A stretch of 63,407 nucleotides of DNA, filler included, from Nemertoderma westbladi (GCA_032718475.1; 3 parts of 3 records of this genome joined end to end with filler, not necessarily neighbours in it); one strand, 5' to 3'. Shown: positions 22,447-36,600, numbered from the whole stretch's first letter. Translations and numbers: made by a program. The notes: generated by a model not told the origin, from the sequence alone.

Positions 22447-23864
22447 GGTGTAAATGAATCCCCGGTTAGAATTACTCCCCATTTATGTATTTATTTATTA
22501 ATGACTCCCCAGAATTACTCTGGGGAGTCCATTACAACATAGGTTAAAATGAATCCCTTCAAGGATATTCATTATTCATAGGTTAAATAAATAGTGACCT
22601 GCACTCTTAATAAGGTGAAGTATGTTGCAAAAAAGGATTTTCGGTTACTGGGATAAAACCCATACATACTGTAATAATGTTATCGGCGATGGCAACTTTT
22701 TTTTCGACCAATTGCTGTAAATGGCTGGGAAAGAATTTATTCTACTTTTCGCAAGAAACCGATATTATTCATGAAATCCAAGCGCACTAAGCTGGATGCG
22801 TGGACTGGTTCCGCTGTTTAGAGGCCTACATCAAGTCCAAAATGTCCAGGAACAGTGTTTGGGCAAAAGAGACCGATGTCATGGCAATGGCTGGACTCCT
22901 AAATACCGATCAGCCGATATCTATGTCTACGTACCGCCAGACATAATTGGATTCAGTTTCCAAGCAGTTTCTTTGGGAAAATCACTCAATTTGATGTCGC
23001 CCAGGCCCAAGGCGTCCTTTATTATCTTGTAAAGGACGCATTGATGTCGCGATTACCTTAGAAAACACAAGCAATGTCCGACTCCTATCGGGATTATTAA
23101 TTTTGAACTCTACATACTGTAAATCTAAGTATTTGATTTTTTATTTACATACATACATACTCTATCTACAGTATGTTAAAAGAAATGTAGGCCTATTTGT
23201 GAAATAATTAGTTCCAAGAAAAATGTTTGTAGCGAATCAGCTCAATGTGTAATACAAATATAATGGTTTTTGTTCAGATAGGCCGAAACGTACGAAAAGT
23301 GCTGGTTCAACCCCAGCCGACGTGCTTCCTCATTCTTTCCACTTCAGAACAAGAACCATTATATTACATTATTAATTACAGTTGCATTAACAACTCAACT
23401 CCAATTTATTTAATACAAATATACGATGAAGAAGAACAGTGTGATTAAAAATAATGAAATTATTGTATTTTGAATAATAATAACTGAGGAAAAGTAGGCA
23501 TATAAGGGGATTCATTTAAACCCAGGGACGTCTTTTAAATTAGGTTGTATTGAATCCCGATGTTCAAGGATTCATTTAAACCTAGGTTTTATTGAATCCC
23601 GATTATCAAGGATTCATTTAAACCTAGGTTGTATTGAATCCCGCTGTTCAAGGGATTCATTTAAAACTAGGTTGTATTGAATCCCGTTGATCAATGGATT
23701 CATTTAAACCTAGATTTAAATGTTTGGGAGTCATTTTTTATGGGATTCATTACAAACTACTGTAGTACCAAAACTTCGAAGGACATTCATGTCAACCTAG
23801 GATAGAATGAATCCCCAATCAAAGGAGTCTTTTTTCAAGGGGATTCAATCGTAACTAGCACACC
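22447..23864. mobile_element. Non-autonomous TIR element with gaatccc/gggattc subterminal repeats
   Basis: ggtgtaaatgaatcccc at the left and ggggattcaatcgtaactagcacacc at the right; ~43-bp tandem array ggattcatttaaacctaggttgtattgaatccc at ~23507-23715. Confidence 0.55.
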
Positions 23865-24222
23865 GGTGTACACGTGCCAACTTTTAGTGCAACTTTCTCG
23901 GCAACTTGTAGAACAACCCAGGTTGCCGATCAAGTTTTTCCGTGTAAACGCGTAAAAACTTTGCCGTAAAAGTTGCGCAACTTTTACGGCAACTTGAAGG
24001 AATTTGCTTGGGCAGGATAGTCAAATTAAATTAAACAGTATTAGATAAAGCGGTTTTTTTTGTGAAGAAATCCAGAAGTCCAATTTTTTCTTGTGAAAAA
24101 TAGATTTTATCATTACGTTTTTGTCCTAGAACAAATATTTGACATTCTGACAGTTGCTCTAAAAAAAGTTGCTATTTGCCGAGAAAGTTGCTCTACAAGT
24201 TGCCATGTGTAATCAGGCCTTA
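23865..24222. mobile_element. MITE with internal inverted repeats (PIF/Harbinger-like end)
   Basis: gcaactttctcggcaa versus ttgccgagaaagttgc; right end gtgtaatcaggcc followed by tta. Confidence 0.5.
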
Positions 24223-25036
24223 TGCCGATGTAGGCCTACAGTATAATGATAATGAAATATTGTCAATTTAATTAACCATGTCATGTCAATGCCTCCACAA
24301 AGTAATATATCTAATTCTAAAGACTCAACAATAAATACCCAAGCCCATCACTTTTGAAATAACAAATTCTGTATCTCTTCCTATTGAATAAGCACCAGGT
24401 TGCCTTTCTTTATTAGTCTGGGACTCCCTTATCTTGCTGTCCTATAGGTGTTTTTTTTTAAAGCTATTTATGTTTATGAATAAATAACAGAGTTCTTAGC
24501 ACAAATCACTTTCACTATTTAGCATAATGGAATTGGGGACTCCAGCAGTATAATTTTTTAAGTAGATTTAATTTACTCATTACAAAATAATTAATTTAAA
24601 TCAAAGAAAATTTCAAATAGTTGTTTTTTATGTAATCTGTAGCAGAATGAGGATTTGAAAACTGAAAACCGATTAGCGAGACCTCTTTTAGTTCTCGAGT
24701 TATCGTTGTTTTTCCGTATGATGGTCTGTTTGTCAAATCGTATGACAGACAGACCACAGACAACCGACAGACAGACTAGATTCCCCCAAATCTTTTCGGA
24801 AATGAAATCAGCGACACCGTACTTAAAATTTTAGCTCGGTGATGTGCTTCCTTCGTGCCAAAAATGATTAACTAAGCAGACAACCAGTTTTGGTGGAAAT
24901 GTTCAAATTATCTCGGAATGAAATTTATAAAATTACTACCCACTAGCCATTTTTCAACTAATTTCTTATGACATATATGACTTATGACATACATATGCCA
25001 ATGACATATAGCATAGCATATAGCATAGCATATTGC

Positions 25037-25136
25037 NNNNNNNNNNNNNNNNNNNNNNNNNNNNNNNNNNNNNNNNNNNNTTAATTAATTAANNNNNNNN
25101 NNNNNNNNNNNNNNNNNNNNNNNNNNNNNNNNNNNN
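25037..25136. other. Assembly gap / artificial contig spacer
   Basis: N44-TTAATTAATTAA-N44; the linker has stops in all six frames. Confidence 0.98.
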
Positions 25137-26269
25137 TAATAGGCCTATCGTGAATACCGGTATACAGCTTACACTTATAGTATATATAAGTATAATTATG
25201 AACTAGAATTAATTACAGAGTACCGGTATGATTTCAGCTCAAATTTATAGGAATAAATATAATAAGCCTATGGTAAATACCGGTATGTCAATTATTTTAG
25301 AATAATTGAATTTCTGAATATTTAGGGTTACTTGGTTACTCTAACTTACTTTGTTACCGTTATTTAAGCAGTAGTCCAACTGATTTTGAGACCTAGTTGT
25401 TGTATGGCAGGCCTACTATTTATAAATCGTTTGAGTTGAATTATAATATATATATACCCGTTTAAAAATGGGTTTGTCAATATTTGAAATAAATGTTATT
25501 ATTTCTGGGGGAGTCACTACACAGAAGCTGTGCGCTCTCAGTGGAGTGCTACTTAGGGGACACTAAAACAGATAATTCTAATTTACCTAAGTTACTTAAT
25601 ACTACAAATTACTTACGATACGGGTGAGATTAAATCTCTAGTTAAACACAACAAAAATATTACGTACGAATTTTTTAGGGTAATTTTACAGGAAGTCTAC
25701 AAACCAGTCTAACAAAGGGTTAGAATTCTGGTTATTACAACGGACAGGGTACTACGGTATTTGAAAATAATAAGTAGTAGTAAATATACTGTACTGTCCA
25801 GATAGGAAAATACCACCGCCTGACGACCTATAACCGTATCGCTATAGGTACTACGTTATGTATCACGGATTGTTCCTACCTAGAAGTTAATTACCGCGGA
25901 CTACCAGATCCAGCGTGCCTATTAACCACTTTACAACACAAATATACTGCCTACACACTAATTACTTCGGAAAGCACTGTACACTAAACCCTAAATTAGG
26001 TACAAGTACTGGTATAACAAATAATCAGCAGTTAAATATACTTGAACAGTTAAAAGAACCACGGCATCTGCTGGAGTGACCGGAGCACAAAGTCACCAGT
26101 CTTTACCTACGCCAAGCAGCCCGTGTAGTACCGGGGTTAATTTAACTATAACGGTATGTGTAACAAACACAATTACTGTAGGAATAAACTTGGGGACATG
26201 AATGTTGCGAATAATCGCATAAACTCTGAATAATAAATATTACGCTACCCGTACAGAATACTCAAACAA

Positions 26270-26760
26270 AATACAAACCAAACGCTGGCAGACTACCACC
26301 AAGCCTAAATAAACTACTGTATGTGCAGATTCCAAAATGGTTAGTTAGTATGCGTTCTAACACGGTAGTACGACTTATTCTTTAAGAGGGGATTGACCTT
26401 ACAGTTATGACTGCCCCAACTTACTAACTGGCACTTTATCAGACAAACTCTACACAAGCAGCAATCTCTTCAGACCTAGTAATAGCTAGACAACAATCCA
26501 GCCTACAAAATATCTGAGTAATAACTATTACGGTACCTGGACAGACTACACAAACAAACACAGGCCAAAACGCTGGCAGAATACTGTCAAGCCTAAATAA
26601 ACTACAGTATGTGCAGATTCCAAAATTGTTAGTTAGTATGCGTTCTAACACGGTAGTACGACTTATTCTTTAAGAGGGGGTTGACCTTACACTCAAGTTG
26701 CCCCAACTTACTAACTGGCACTCTATCGGACAAACTCCACACACGCCGTAATCTCTCCAA
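26270..26760. repeat. ~290-bp tandem duplication
   Basis: aaaacgctggcaga...gtatgcgttctaacacggtagtacgacttattctttaagagggg...ccccaacttactaactggcact occurs at ~26279 and ~26567. Confidence 0.85.
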
Positions 26761-26979
26761 ACCCAACAACAATCCGACAACAGTCTGGCCTACAGTTATC
26801 TGAACAATCTGAGCAGACTTACACGTCTTCAGCTCAATATTTACTTACTAGGAAATAAAACCGACAGAAATAAGTAAAATCTCAATAAAAACCAGGGCGG
26901 CCGTTCCCTGATTAAATACTAAGACCTACCGGTATACTATAATCAAAATCGAATAATACTAATGTACTTATACTGGAAG

Positions 26980-27100
26980 TACCGGTTAGGACAGTTGGGC
27001 CTACGGACCTACAGAAGTGCCGGTTCTGGCAGTTGGACCTACGGACCTACAGCAGTACCGGTTCTGGCAGTTGGGCCTACTGACCTACAGAAGTACCAGT
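26980..27100. repeat. ~37-bp minisatellite (~3 copies)
   Basis: ccggttctggcagttgg(g/a)cctacggacctacagaagta repeated. Confidence 0.8.
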
Positions 27101-28459
27101 TCAGGTTTACCGGTCGATCGGTACTTTCAACTTTATTGCTTACTGCAATAAAGTCAATGACTGTTATTGTACGCGCTTTTGTAAGACCTTTAGCAGTTTA
27201 ACCTGCCAAAATTTATATGTCTTTTGGTTTATAAATCGACTCTAGAAGATGACAATATTTAATACCAATAAACACAACATTAGCAGAAGCCAGCCTAGTG
27301 CGCGTCCATTCACCCGCTGGATAATCCCGGGAGACTGGATTCTGTCGGCTTAGATTATTATTGCAGTGAAGCTTACGGTATTGTATTATTCGATTGATCG
27401 TTAATAATTAATTTCTGACTAATATTATTCACTTTCGGGAAATATTAACAGTTCCTTTTAGGACGTGGCGCTCTATCTAAGTAAACAGAGATATGACTTA
27501 TACTAATCACAACGGTAAGTCGGTAAGGCTTATGATTCACGTATGAGGCGCATTCTTTAGGAAATGCTTAGTTATCAGCCACAATCATGCATACTACCGG
27601 TAACACACAATACTGCTCACTAACTTGCCGACCGTCAATGAATTTTATCATATATAAAGAAAATAGCAACGGACCAATGTAGTGCTTATCAAATAGCATT
27701 AAATTCAATACACACCACAATAATATAAGTCGCAATCGCTATATATAACCCGTCTTTCTAACCTGTAGTGTATCAAGAAAATTGGGAAATTTGGGTTCTT
27801 TATAAATGTTCTCCAGATAATATTCAATCAACTGATATAAAATATGACAACAGTAAAAACATTAAGACGGTAGGTTAAGATATAATATGAACAGATATGT
27901 ACAGTGATATGTTAAGAATTGTGCCGCCGATTTGATTTGATTTGATAACAGTCATACGCTCTATAATCTTAAGCCTACTAATGTTTCTTTTTAGAGCCGT
28001 TGTTTCTGGCTTAGACAGCAATAACAACAAAGTATCAGTAAAAAACTGTAAGACTGAACAATCCCAGTATGATCGGCTCAAAGCTCCACATCGACAGAGA
28101 GAATCGCTCTGATTGGCTGAAGCCAAACAAAGAACCATGCGCCCAATGGCTGTTTCCATTTAAGCAACCAGCTGTTAGATGTCGTAATCTGAATCATCAC
28201 GGCTAAACTGTGTAAAAGTATTTGCCGTATTGCGGGTTTTTTGCCTTACCATGTCCGCTAAAACACGTATATAGAAGAATGACTTTTATGTCCGTTAAAA
28301 ACACCTGTAACGGTACCTTGCGGGCAAGGGGAATATATATACAGTTAGAGAACCCTTTTAGAGTATTCCAGCGCCTAGGGGGAAACTGGATTGCGAAGCA
28401 AAGGGGCCAGTTATATCCCACAGAAGCTTTTACAGGAACACATCAACGACTGGCAACAA

Positions 28460-30097
28460 GTGATGAGTTAAACGTAGTATGTAATACTATTCAAATAGAA
28501 CAAGTGAAAACCATCAAATATCTTGGCTGTCACCTTGATGGATCTATCTGGAAATTCCATGGCAACGCAAGTTATAAAAAAGGGAAACAAAAACCTCAGA
28601 TTTCTATACAGACAGGGGGCTGTTCTGGACTCAGGCTTGAGGCGCCAACTATGTAATACAATGATCCAACCGCATCTAGACTTTGTTGCCTCGTGCTGGT
28701 ATCCAAGTACATCGAAGAGATTGAGAGACCAGCTACAAGCATTACAACGTAAATGTATCCGCTTCTGCCTCAATTTACATAGTCGAACTCATATATCTAG
28801 CGAACATTACAACGAATTATCATGGTTACCTATAGAATGGCGCATAAAGCAGCTCATAGCATCTCATATGTACCGGATCACGCAGACCCTATCACCCCCA
28901 TACTTATCCTCACTCGTGCAATTCAACTCGATCTCCATGAACCTCCGTGGCGGCAGCACACACGCAGTCGTCCCATCGCGGCACACGGCAACGGGCTGTG
29001 AGTGCTTCTCATATATGGGTCCATCCATATGGAAGGCGCTGCCACCAGACATACGTAATGCCCTTTCTGTAGAGTCTTTTAAGCACCAGGTTAAACAACA
29101 CCTTTTGAGTCAAGTAGTGCAGTATGAACATTCAATCTGGCAATTGTAAATATTATTCAGTTATTCGGCAGTTTTTTTCAGTGGTCTAACAGAATGTATT
29201 TGACTGACATTTCAATAATTTATTTTTATTTTTTAGTTCAACTGTAATTTTATTATCATATTTAGCGTTGTAAATAATATAGATACTGTAGTCACCAGAC
29301 GGTTTTTTTTAGCCAAATTGTAATGTTATCTTATTTATTTTATTAATTTTGGATTCGGTATGGGGTTTTAAGATACTGTAGATTAAATACATTAACTATT
29401 TTCCAGTCTGAATGATTGGTGCTTATTTTATTAATCTATATTTATTTTAATTGAACTTACTTCTAGTTTTGGTGTTCCATATTCGCCTGTTTCACTCTTT
29501 TTTTTTCTATCGCGCCAATTTTTAAGTCTAAATAATTAATTTTAATTCATGTGTTGTCCTTTTAACACTAATTTTAATTCACTTTTTTATATTGTACACA
29601 TTCTTAAATAATTTATTTTAATTTATAAATAAATTTATGTAATTCCTACTTACACCTTATGTAATTCCTGATTATACCCTCAAAATGTTGTGATTTTATT
29701 TACTGCACATACAGGACTTCCCACTATGTTTAATAACCGATTGTTCTTAATCTAATATTTACTAGCTAGTTGTAATACCATTCGGATATTTTATCTAATT
29801 AATTTGTTATTTTTAGTCATTTACACGCTGCACGCGCACTTTAATGCTGTGATTTTTAAAGGGACCTCCATGGAAACGAGGTTTATCCTCATGGAGCTAT
29901 CCCTAACATTGTATGTCTACAAGATATTCTATATTTTATTTATGAACTATGCACTATTTCTTTTATTAAATTAAAATATTATAGTCGATTCCAAATTATG
30001 CCGGTTATTAGTGTATTATGTTATGTTATGTTATGTTTTATATGTCTTACATTTTATATGGCTTATGTACAATGTTAATAAAACTTCAACTTCAACT
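28460..30097 (+). mobile_element. 5'-truncated CR1-group (L2/Crack-like) LINE: RT C-terminus plus long 3' UTR
   Basis: IKYLGCHLD, frameshift, then KKGNKNLRFLYR...LCNTMIQPHLDF..SCWY...LQALQRKCIRF...LSWLPI...FSYMGPSIWKALP..IR. 3' stem-loop motif at 29861-29903 and terminal aataaa(acttca)n. Confidence 0.85.
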
Positions 30098-30616
30098 CAT
30101 AGGCATTCCTATCCTGTCTGCCTGTATTCATAACTCAGTACTACAGTAGGCCCTACAGGCTACAACCCTAACACCTAACCACTAGCTGACTAGGCTGCTA
30201 GGCCTACCTAACCACTGAACCAGGCAGCCAGGTACCGGTAACTAACGGGTTAATTGGATGAAGAAAGACGAAAGATTGCTGTCTTCTGGTCTCCTTTCTG
30301 CCTTTTGATTAACTGTTAACAGATTGCTGGAGATTGCTGGTTGCTGCTACTGGCTGACTGGACTGCTGGAGGCGATTACAGGATTAAGGTCGCATTTCGG
30401 CAAGATCGTTCTCATGCGCAATGTCAGAATGCAGAGGCATGCAGGCATGCGTGGGATAGTTCGAACGAAGGGTCAATTTCACTTTTGTTCTTCCACTCTT
30501 CCTATCATCTGGTCTAGTGCGTAGGGGCTGAGGGGCCAGACATATCGACTTTCGACCTGCGACCTCTACTTCAGTGCTGGGATCAGGGATGTGGATGACT
30601 TACTGGACTTAGAAGC

Positions 30617-30620
30617 ATGG
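30617..30620 (+). CDS. MAP3K2/3: MAP3K2/3 coding exon 1 (ATG G)
   Basis: gcATGG|gtaagt strong donor, phase 1, joins exon 2 to give MD. Confidence 0.75.
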
Positions 30621-33600
30621 GTAAGTTTTCAGTTTTCGCCACACCCGTCCTGCGGCTATTTTCAGTTTTTGGTTATGACTGTATGATCAACTTCTTGTAC
30701 TATCATAATTCAGCTATTGCAAGGTTTTTATACCATTTGAACTGCAGTGATCGATTTGCGGAGGGTAGAAAGTAGAAACCTTCAAAGCGAAAATTGGGTG
30801 ATTATTTTTGATGATATTTCATAAAATGTATCATAACATTTTGGCAACTAGGCCTATCAGTGCTGTTCAACTAGTCTGCTAGTTAAGCCAGTAGGCCCTA
30901 AGTTGTCATTTGATGATATTTAGTTAAAGTGGCAGAGTGGTTGTCACGAATTTAGGAGTCAATGGCGCGAAATGACCGCAAACACAAAATAAATTTTAGT
31001 GGGTTTTAAAAATTAGTTTAATTTATTTAATAACATTAAGGGATAGGTGCAGGTTACAGTGGCGCGTGTTTCCTAACCAAAAAAATAAACTTTACATTAT
31101 TTCACTTGCGGTCAATTTGCGCTGAAGATCACTATTTTCACTTGCGGTCAAAGTGCGCCACTATCTGGAATTTAGTTACTGGTAGTTAACGGTTTTTTTT
31201 ATATAGTTGACTTTCAATTAAAATCTAACAAAATGAACTACCGTAACTGAAAGCAGGATCGCTCTGAGCCAGTGGACCTAAGAAATTTCAATTTTAGTAA
31301 TTCCCACTCACGGTGCAAAGCTACAAAAACAAAATTTATCTCCCTAACCGCTGTTAGTCAGATAGTGCTAATCATATGAAAAGCCATCATCAATATAGTT
31401 TGTGAGGTGTTGCGAAACGGCAATAACAACCGTTGCTATGGTTACATGAAATATTCAAAATTTTGGTGATTAGTTAAGGGGGGGTATACCCCCCCCCCCC
31501 CCCCCCCCCCTCCCCCTCAGGTAAAATTTTCAAATTGTTGTTTCTTTATTTCACCTAGAGCAGAATTTAATGAGGATTACAAATCTTATCTCAGCTAAGA
31601 GGCATATCCCCCAGACTCCGAAACGAAAACAGTATGTGCCATGGCAAAACTCTGAGGTTACTTGTAAGAGAGAAGATCTTAAAGATAGCCTACAAAGTAA
31701 AAACCAAACAACCAACAACAGAAAACATTAACAAGGTTGAGAAAGCTAAGGACGATCTTAAATTGGCCTACAACATCAGCCAGGAAAAGTACATACATGA
31801 TAAAACTGAAGCAATTACAACTGCTCACATACAGAGCAACAATCAAGACTTACCTGGCAAACTGTAAATGAGGTATCTGGTCGGAAAAGTTGTGCAAAGG
31901 GGCGCCTCAAAGCCGATAGTCCTGAAGAACGTGTTGGGAAGTGGAAAAATCACTTCAGCAACTTGCTTGGGCAGCCGCCAAACATCGAGGTCAGCCCTAC
32001 AAGGAAAGTATATGACAAGACACTACCTATAGAAACAGGGGACTTCACACCTGCCGAACTCCAAAGAAGCATTAAAAGCATGTCCAATAATAAAGCGAGT
32101 GGATTAGATGGAATCCCAGCGGAGGTATGGAAAACCGGAGTGCTAAATAGACCATTATTGAATGTTTGCAACCGGATGTTAAAAGGGGAAAAGCCACCAC
32201 CAATTTGGACTAAAGGTCAACTAAAGCCTCTCCCCAAGAAAGGAGACATAAAAATGATTCTATATAGGATTAGGCCTCACATAGAGAAACTACTGCGTAA
32301 GAGCCAAAACGGATTTCGACCAAGTATATCAACAATAGCTCAGATACTTGCACCTACGGAGACTGATTGAAGGAATTAAGTCAAAGAATCTCCCCGCAGT
32401 CATGACTTTTGTGGACTTCAAGAAAGCATTCTACTCAATCCATAGAGGTAAAATGCTTGAAATCCTAATAGCTTATGGAATATCAGAAGTAATTGTTGCT
32501 GGCATTGGTTTGCTATATTGTGACACAGAAGCGCAGGTACTCTCACCAGATGGTGAAACTGAGTTTTTCTCAATCCTGGCTGGGGTACTGCAAGGTGACA
32601 CATTAGCACCATTACTATTTGTAATTGTGCTGGATTACGCAATGAGGACGGCCACAAAGGGTGAAGACCTGGGATTCACACTTCAAGAACGCAGAAGTAG
32701 TAGATATCCGGCAACTACAGTCACAGACACCGACTTTGCGGATGACATCGCCCTGCTCTCTAATACGCTAGCAGATGCACAGCTTCTACTAAATAAAGTG
32801 GAGAGGGCTGCTAAGCAGGTTGGATTGCATATAAATGCTACCAAGACCGAATTCATGATCTTCAATGTTGATGGAAACTTGACAACCATTGATAATAAGA
32901 ACATTTTAGACCTAGATGATGTTATTTAGTTATTATTGTTGATAATACAGATACTTATTTATATCTAGTAGGCTGTAAGCTGGTAAGGTTGATATTGACC
33001 TATTCGTTTTAGAATCTAATCGAAATTTGTTTGATTTTCATTAGCGGATAAATGTCAGTGAGTCAGTTGCCAATTGCTATAGGGATCAATACTATTATGT
33101 GACGGTTGACATTACGGTTCTTAAATATTTTGATTTACAGATAAAGATACTGCAATAAACAGTATTCTAACGGACTTAGTTGCGGTTTATCGTCAAGGCG
33201 TTGGTCACAAGAAGGGACTGGGTGTGGGTGGGGCTGGAGGAGGGTCTGAATCTATATCGGGGAGGCTAATTCGCGTTAAGTTTGAATTCAACGGAGAACG
33301 GAGGTACCAGTAATACTTTTTATACATATATATAATATACCGGAACCGGTAGTATCTAAGACTCAAAGTTAGATAGTCGCTCAATTTAATTGTCAAAGAT
33401 TAAATGCTGCACAATTTCTTTTCAGTAACTTTTTGATCTAATGGGATCTATTTATTCGTAACCATGACATTATTCATGTAGAGACTAGAGATTAATAACA
33501 TAATAAAATAAACTTTATTTTTTCTATGCTGCATTTATGGGCCGAAATAGCCCGTTTTCAGGAAAATGAAAACGGGGAATGTGACATCGAAACGATAATG

Positions 33601-36600
33601 TTTATTAAGGGAATATAATCAATCATTATTATTATTATTAATATTAATGAGAGTAAAGGTTTATATGTAGATTGGTTCGAGTCAGATAGAGTAGTACCGG
33701 TATCTGTAATCATTAACAAAGCAGTATACGATACAAAAACTACATATTTAGTCGTTGTATATCTTTTGTGCATTATCAATACCTCGTGAACTAATCACTA
33801 CTACTGAATCTGAAAAGTTGATCTACCTAATAAAATCATGAAAAAGTAAAAGTAAATTTTTATTCTGCCGCTTGGCCAGGGCTTAGCACAAAGTCTGACG
33901 ACTTATTTCCAGTGCGGTCCCCCCAAAACTTTACTCCCCAGAGGAAACTCTAGTACTCATTTAGCTACCATTTAAGGATGCAAGGCAGAGATGCGCCCTG
34001 GCTGGTCCCTTTAAAGCATTCATGCCGAAACGAAAACTGCCCTGGCCCATGTGAGGATCGAACCCACGACCTACGGGAGATGTGAATTCAATGCGACCAC
34101 TACACCAGGGTGGAACCCTACCACTACACCAAGGAGGGACGATTCATCATCACTAATAGATTATTTGATAGTCAGACAGAATAGGTCCTTCCCTGATTGT
34201 CTGTCTGGTCCTGGTCACTATCAAGGTCTAATTTAAAAACATAATGGTACAATTCACTGTTTTAATTATATCGAATATATCAAAAATGGTATTAACTCAG
34301 TGGAGTTTAATCGGCATCAAAAAATCAAATCTATTTTCTAAAAAAACGTCTCAAGATTAGCAGTACCGGTTCTTGTAATACTATATCCACTCTAGGGTCA
34401 TACAGCTACCCCAACCACTTCGACTTAGTGAACTTAACGCCAAGATTAAAGCGATTTACAACCAGCCGTTGGATATCCATTACTGCACTGGGGATCTCGT
34501 GACCCCGTTGACCTGCCAACGGCATGTTGATCAGGTAAGATGATCTGCAAACCAAAATAACGACGTGCTCTTTATCCAATAGTAGTCCTCCTACGGAGAT
34601 AGGAGACTAAAATGGAACTCGTGCCATCCACCACTACTTACTTGCTCACAGTAACATTAATGTTTAATAACGTAATATTTTTATCGTTAAGTGAGTTGAA
34701 AGTTTTCAAAAAATGAGAGAAAGTATTTTAAAGAAGACATTATCTCATTCCTGTTTTACTCTAAATTAGTATTTAATTAAATAAATAGCCAAAAATTAGC
34801 AAAATGTACAAATTTAACACTTTTAATTTCGAAAACTAAAATGTTCACAATAATGCACTACCTTAAGACCCATAGAGTTCAATATCGCATCGATAAATCG
34901 CGTATAGCTATAGAGTCCGAATCGCAAACAGATTTATTTATGAAAACCGTACCGAATATCACCATTTTTCGATTTGGCTCAATACGCCTTCAGTAAGCGC
35001 CTCAAATTGCGAAAAGTTAAAATTGACATGGCCATGGGCAAAATGTAAAAAAAATAGGCCGACAATTTAGTGCCAAGATTCATCTTTTTTGAGGAATTTA
35101 GATTTTAACAATAACATTAAGAAATTTACCCCCCCCCCCCTGTAAATTATTTTGTATATTTTCCATAGGCGATGATATTACAAGCTAATAATTTACACGC
35201 GCGAAGTTTGAGGTTATACCTTACCGTACCTGTGACGTCACTACAGCCATTGAACAACAACTACGACACCGTGTTACCCGGCAACCGACGTCATCACCGC
35301 TACTCGGTGGAGGTGTTAAACGGCCCCCTGAAGGAGATGTTCCGTGGATCGGGTACCCATAGCAACCCGGAGTACGGTGGTGTCGGGGGATCCAATCAGC
35401 ACCCGGAGTCACTGCGGACCCGTTGTTACACCGACCCCAGGGGGTCGCCGCCTCCAGGTAAGAGTTACACCGAACCCAGAGGGTCGCCGCCTCCAGGTAA
35501 GAGTTACACCGACCCCAGAGGGTCGCCGCCTCCAGGTAAGAGTTACACCGACCCCAGAGGGTCGCCGCCTCCAGGTAAGAGTTACACCGACCCCAGAGGG
35601 TCGCCGCCTCCAGGTAAGAGTTACACCGACCCCAGAGGGTCGCCGCCTCCAGGTAAGAGTTACACCGACCCCAGAGGGTCGCCGCCTCCAGGTAAGAGTT
35701 ACACCGACCCCAGAGGGTCGCCGCCTCCAGGTAAGAGTTACACCGACCCCAGAGGGTCGCCGCCTCCAGGTAAGAGTTACACCGAACCCAGAGGGTCGCC
35801 GCCTCCAGGTAAGAGTTACACCGACCCCAGAGGGTCGCCGCCTCCAGGTAAGAGTTACACCGACCCCAGAGGGTCGCCGCCTCCAGGTAAGAGTTACACC
35901 GACCCCAGAGGGTCGCCGCCTCCAGGTAAGAGTTACACCGACCCCAGAGGGTCGCCGCCTCCAGGTAAGAGTTACACCGACCCCAGAGGGTCGCCGCCTC
36001 CAGGTAAGAGTTACACCGACCCCAGAGGGTCGCCGCCTCCAGGTAAGAGTTACACCGAACCCAGAGGGTCGCCGCCTCCAGGTAAGAGTTACACCGACCC
36101 CAGAGGGTCGCCGCCTCCAGGTAAGAGTTACACCGACCCCAGAGGGTCGCCGCCTCCAGGTAAGAGTTACACCGACCCCAGAGGGTCGCCGCCTCCCCTC
36201 AGGTAAGAGTTACACCGACCCCAGAGGGTCGCCGCCTCCAGGTAAGAGTTACACCGACCCCAGAGGGTCGCCGCCTCCAGGTAAGAGTTACACCGAACCC
36301 AGAGGGTCGCCGCCTCCAGGTAAGAGTTACACCGACCCCAGAGGGTCGCCGCCTCCAGGTAAGAGTTACACCGAACCCAGAGGGTCGCCGCCTCCAGGTA
36401 AGAGTTACACCGACCCCAGAGGGTCGCCGCCTCCAGGTAAGAGTTACACCGAACCCCACGAGGGTCGCCGCCTCCAGGTAAGAGTTACACCGACCCCAGA
36501 GGGTCGCCGCCTCCAGGTAAGAGTTACACCGACCCCAGAGGGTCGCCGCCTCCAGGTAAGAGTTACACCGACCCCAGAGGGTCGCCGCCTCCAGGTAAGA

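Noticed and set aside
30525-30616. Open frame upstream of the MAP3K2/3 ATG as an extra coding exon
   Set aside because: Its phase-0 end is incompatible with exon 2 (phase 1), and homology starts at ATG 30617; more likely 5' UTR.
33520-33565. Hammerhead ribozyme candidate around gggccgaaatagccc
   Set aside because: The CUGANGA core and closing stems could not be assembled on either strand.
34040-34135. tRNA gene
   Set aside because: A and B boxes are present but there is no convincing cloverleaf; it continues into a SINE body and tail.
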